64,000 nt of DNA, taken from contig NC_090376.1 in assembly GCF_036365525.1 (NCBI RefSeq), forward strand, positions 38,187,075-38,251,074. Reading direction: 5' to 3'. The stretch comes from Heterodontus francisci (taxonomy: Eukaryota). Position numbers and translations under genes: made by a program. Shown piece after piece: positions 61,584 to 64,000 of this stretch. The notes beneath the pieces are model-generated. The model worked only from the letters and a program-made list of their open reading frames with translations. It searched no databases and was not told the DNA's origin. Within the stretch, counting starts at the first letter, position 1. The number at the start of each line of letters is the position of its first letter.

Positions 61584-63665
61584 TATCAGCCCAAGCCTGG
61601 ATATTGTCCAGGTCTTGCTGCATTTCTACACAGACTGCTTCAGTATCTGTGGAGTCACGAATGGTGCTGAACATTGTGCAATCATCAGCGAACATCCCCA
61701 CTTCTGACCTTATGATTGAAGGAAGGTCATTGATGAAGCAGCTGAAGGTGGTTGGGCCGAGGACACTACCCTGAGGAACTCCTGCAGTGATGTCCTGGAG
61801 CTCAGATGATTGACCTCCAACAACCACAACCATCTTCCTTTGTGCTAGGTATGACTCCAGCCAGCGGAGGGTTTTCCCCCTGATTCCCATTGACCTCAGT
61901 TTTGCTAGGGCTCCTTGATGCCATACTCGGTCAAATGCTGTCTTGATGTCAAGGGCAGTCACTCTCACCTCATCTCTTGAGTTCAGCTCTTTTGTCCATA
62001 TTTGAACCAAGGCTGTAATGAGGTCAAGAGCTGAGTGGCCCTGGCAGAACCCAAACTGAGCGTCACTGAGCAGGTTATTGCTAAGCAAGTGCCGCTTGAT
62101 GGCACTATTGATGACACCTTCCATCACTTTACTGATGATTGAGAGTAGGCTGATGGGGCGGTAGTTGGCCGGGTTGGACTTGTCCTGCTTTTTGTGTACA
62201 GGACATACCTGGGCAATTTTCCACATTGCAGGGTAGATACCAGTGTTGTAGCTGTACTGGAACAGCTTGGCTAGGGGCGCGGCAAGTTCTGGAGCACACG
62301 TCTTAAGTACTATTGCCGGAATATTGTCAGGGCCCATAGCTTTTGCAGTATCCAGTGCCTTCAGTCATTTCTTGATATCACGCGGAGTGAATCGAATTGG
62401 CTGAAGTCTGGCATCTGTGATGCTGGGGACTTCAGGAGGAGGCCGAGATGGATCATCAACTCGGCACTTCTCGCTGAAGATTGTTGCAAATGCTTCAGCC
62501 TTATCTTTCTCACTGATGTGCTGGGCTCCCCCTTCATTGAGGATGGGGATATTTGTGGAGCCACCTCCTCCAGTTAGTTGTTTAATTGTCCACCACCATT
62601 CACGGCTGGATGTGGCAGGACTGCAGAGCTTAGATCTGATCCATTGGCTATGGGATCGCTTAGCTCTGTCTATCGCATGCTGCTTACGCAGTTTGGCATG
62701 CAAGTAGTCCTGTGTTGTAGCTTCACCAGGTTGACACCTCATTTTGAGGTATGCCTGGTGCTGCTCCTGGCATGCCCTCCTGCACTCTTCATTGAACCAA
62801 GGTTGGTCTCCTGGCTTGATGGTAATGGTAGAGTGGGGGATATGCCCAGCCATGAGGTTACAGATTGTGGTTGAGTACAATTCTGCTGCTGCTGATGGCC
62901 CACAGCGCCTCATGGATGCCCAGTTTTGCATTGCTAGATCTGTTCGAAATCTATCCCATTTAGCACGGTGATAGTGCCACACCACACGATGGACGGTATC
63001 CTCAATGTGAAGGCGGGACTTCGTCTCCACAAGGACTGTGTGGTGGTCACTCCTACCAATACTGTCATGGACAGAAGCATCTGCGGCAGGCAGATTGGTG
63101 AGGACGAGGTCAAGTACGTTCTTCCCTCTTGTTGGTTCCCCCATCACCTGCCGCAGACCCAGTCTAGCAGCTATGGCCTTTAGGACTCGGCCAGCTCGGT
63201 CAGTAGTTGTGCTACCGAGCCACTTTTGGTGATGGACATCGAGGTCCCCCACCCAGAGTACATTTTGTGCCCTTGCCACCCTCAGTGCTTCCTCCAAGTG
63301 GTGTTCAACATGGGGGAGTACTGAGTCATCACTGAGGGAGGGCGGTAGGTGGTAATCAGTAGGCGGTTATCTTGCCCATGTTTGACCTGATGCCATGAGA
63401 CTTCATGGGGTCAGGAATCGATGTTGAGGACTCCCAGGGCAACTCCCTCCCTACTGTCTACCACTGTGCCACCACCTCTGGTGGGTCTGTCCTGCCGCTG
63501 GGGCAGGACATACCCAGGGATGGTGATGGCAGTGTCAGGGACATTGTCTGTAAGGTATGATTCCGTGAGTATGACTATGTCAGGCTGTTGCTTGACTAGT
63601 CTGTGGGACAGCTCTCCCAACTTTGGCACAAGCCCCCAGATGTTAGTAAGGATGACTTTGCAGGG
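61584..63665 (-). pseudogene. APE endonuclease-reverse transcriptase ORF of the Zenon-like LINE (few lesions)
   Basis: One in-frame stop at 62365-62367 separates two same-frame ORFs; a frameshift lies between 63297 and 63411. Confidence 0.88.
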
Positions 63666-64000
63666 TCGACAGGGCTGGGTTTGCCGTTGTCGTTACCGGT
63701 GCCTAGGTCGATGCCGGGTGGTCCGTCCAGTTTCATTCCTTTTTATTGACTTTGTAGCGGTTCGGTACAACTGAGTGGCTTGCTAGGCCATTTCAGAGGG
63801 CATGTAAGAGTTAACCACATTGCCGTGGGTCTGGAGTCACATGTAGGCCAGACCAGGTAAGGACAGCAGATTTCCTTCCCTGAAGGACATTAGTGAACCA
63901 GATGGGTTTTTACAACAATCGACAATGGTTTCATAGCCATCATTAGACTAGCTTTTAATTCCAGATTTATTAACTAATTTATTATTAATTAATTTATTAA

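Larger units (their letters stand above)
59050..64000 (-). mobile_element. Near full-length single-ORF CR1/Zenon-like LINE (APE + RT) with a SINE-like 5' region, interrupted by a CR1; 5' end runs out of the window
   Basis: ORFs 63411-63629 (DIVILTES), 62365-63297 (VGDLD, SDH), 61531-62337 (NYRPISLLS, GVPQGSVLGP, MFADD) and 59342-59851. Non-coding 5' region 63780-64000. Confidence 0.92.

Noticed and set aside
1-64000. CRISPR array, retron or other prokaryotic RT system
   Set aside because: No regularly spaced repeats or operons; all RTs carry eukaryotic non-LTR or PLE motifs.

Overview
Eukaryotic, repeat-dense vertebrate DNA. The repeat set (CR1/HER1-type LINEs, HE1-type V-SINE, Deu-domain SINEs, Penelope-like element, Tx1 tail, Harbingers) points to a cartilaginous fish, probably a shark. 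Only one host coding exon was found: a + strand alternative first exon at 23680-23800 (MAHRKSARHQLRRSFSEHLKDSTAKAWDLLWKNVRERRLA, phase-1 donor) of a DLC-family RhoGAP-START gene. STARD13 is the best guess; STARD8 or DLC1 are not excluded. The rest of the window reads as intron or upstream DNA full of nested mobile elements: four PIF/Harbinger remnants, many CR1 LINEs (one with an uninterrupted 668-aa RT ORF), a Penelope-like element with inverted ends and a minimal hammerhead motif, a solo LTR, a hAT MITE and SINEs. The most unusual signal is a single-ORF APE+RT LINE family whose 5' region looks like a tRNA-headed, Meta-domain SINE. An LF-SINE-like relic and two strong hairpins also stand out. 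All family assignments come from recalled motifs, not database searches, and most boundaries without a TSD are approximate.
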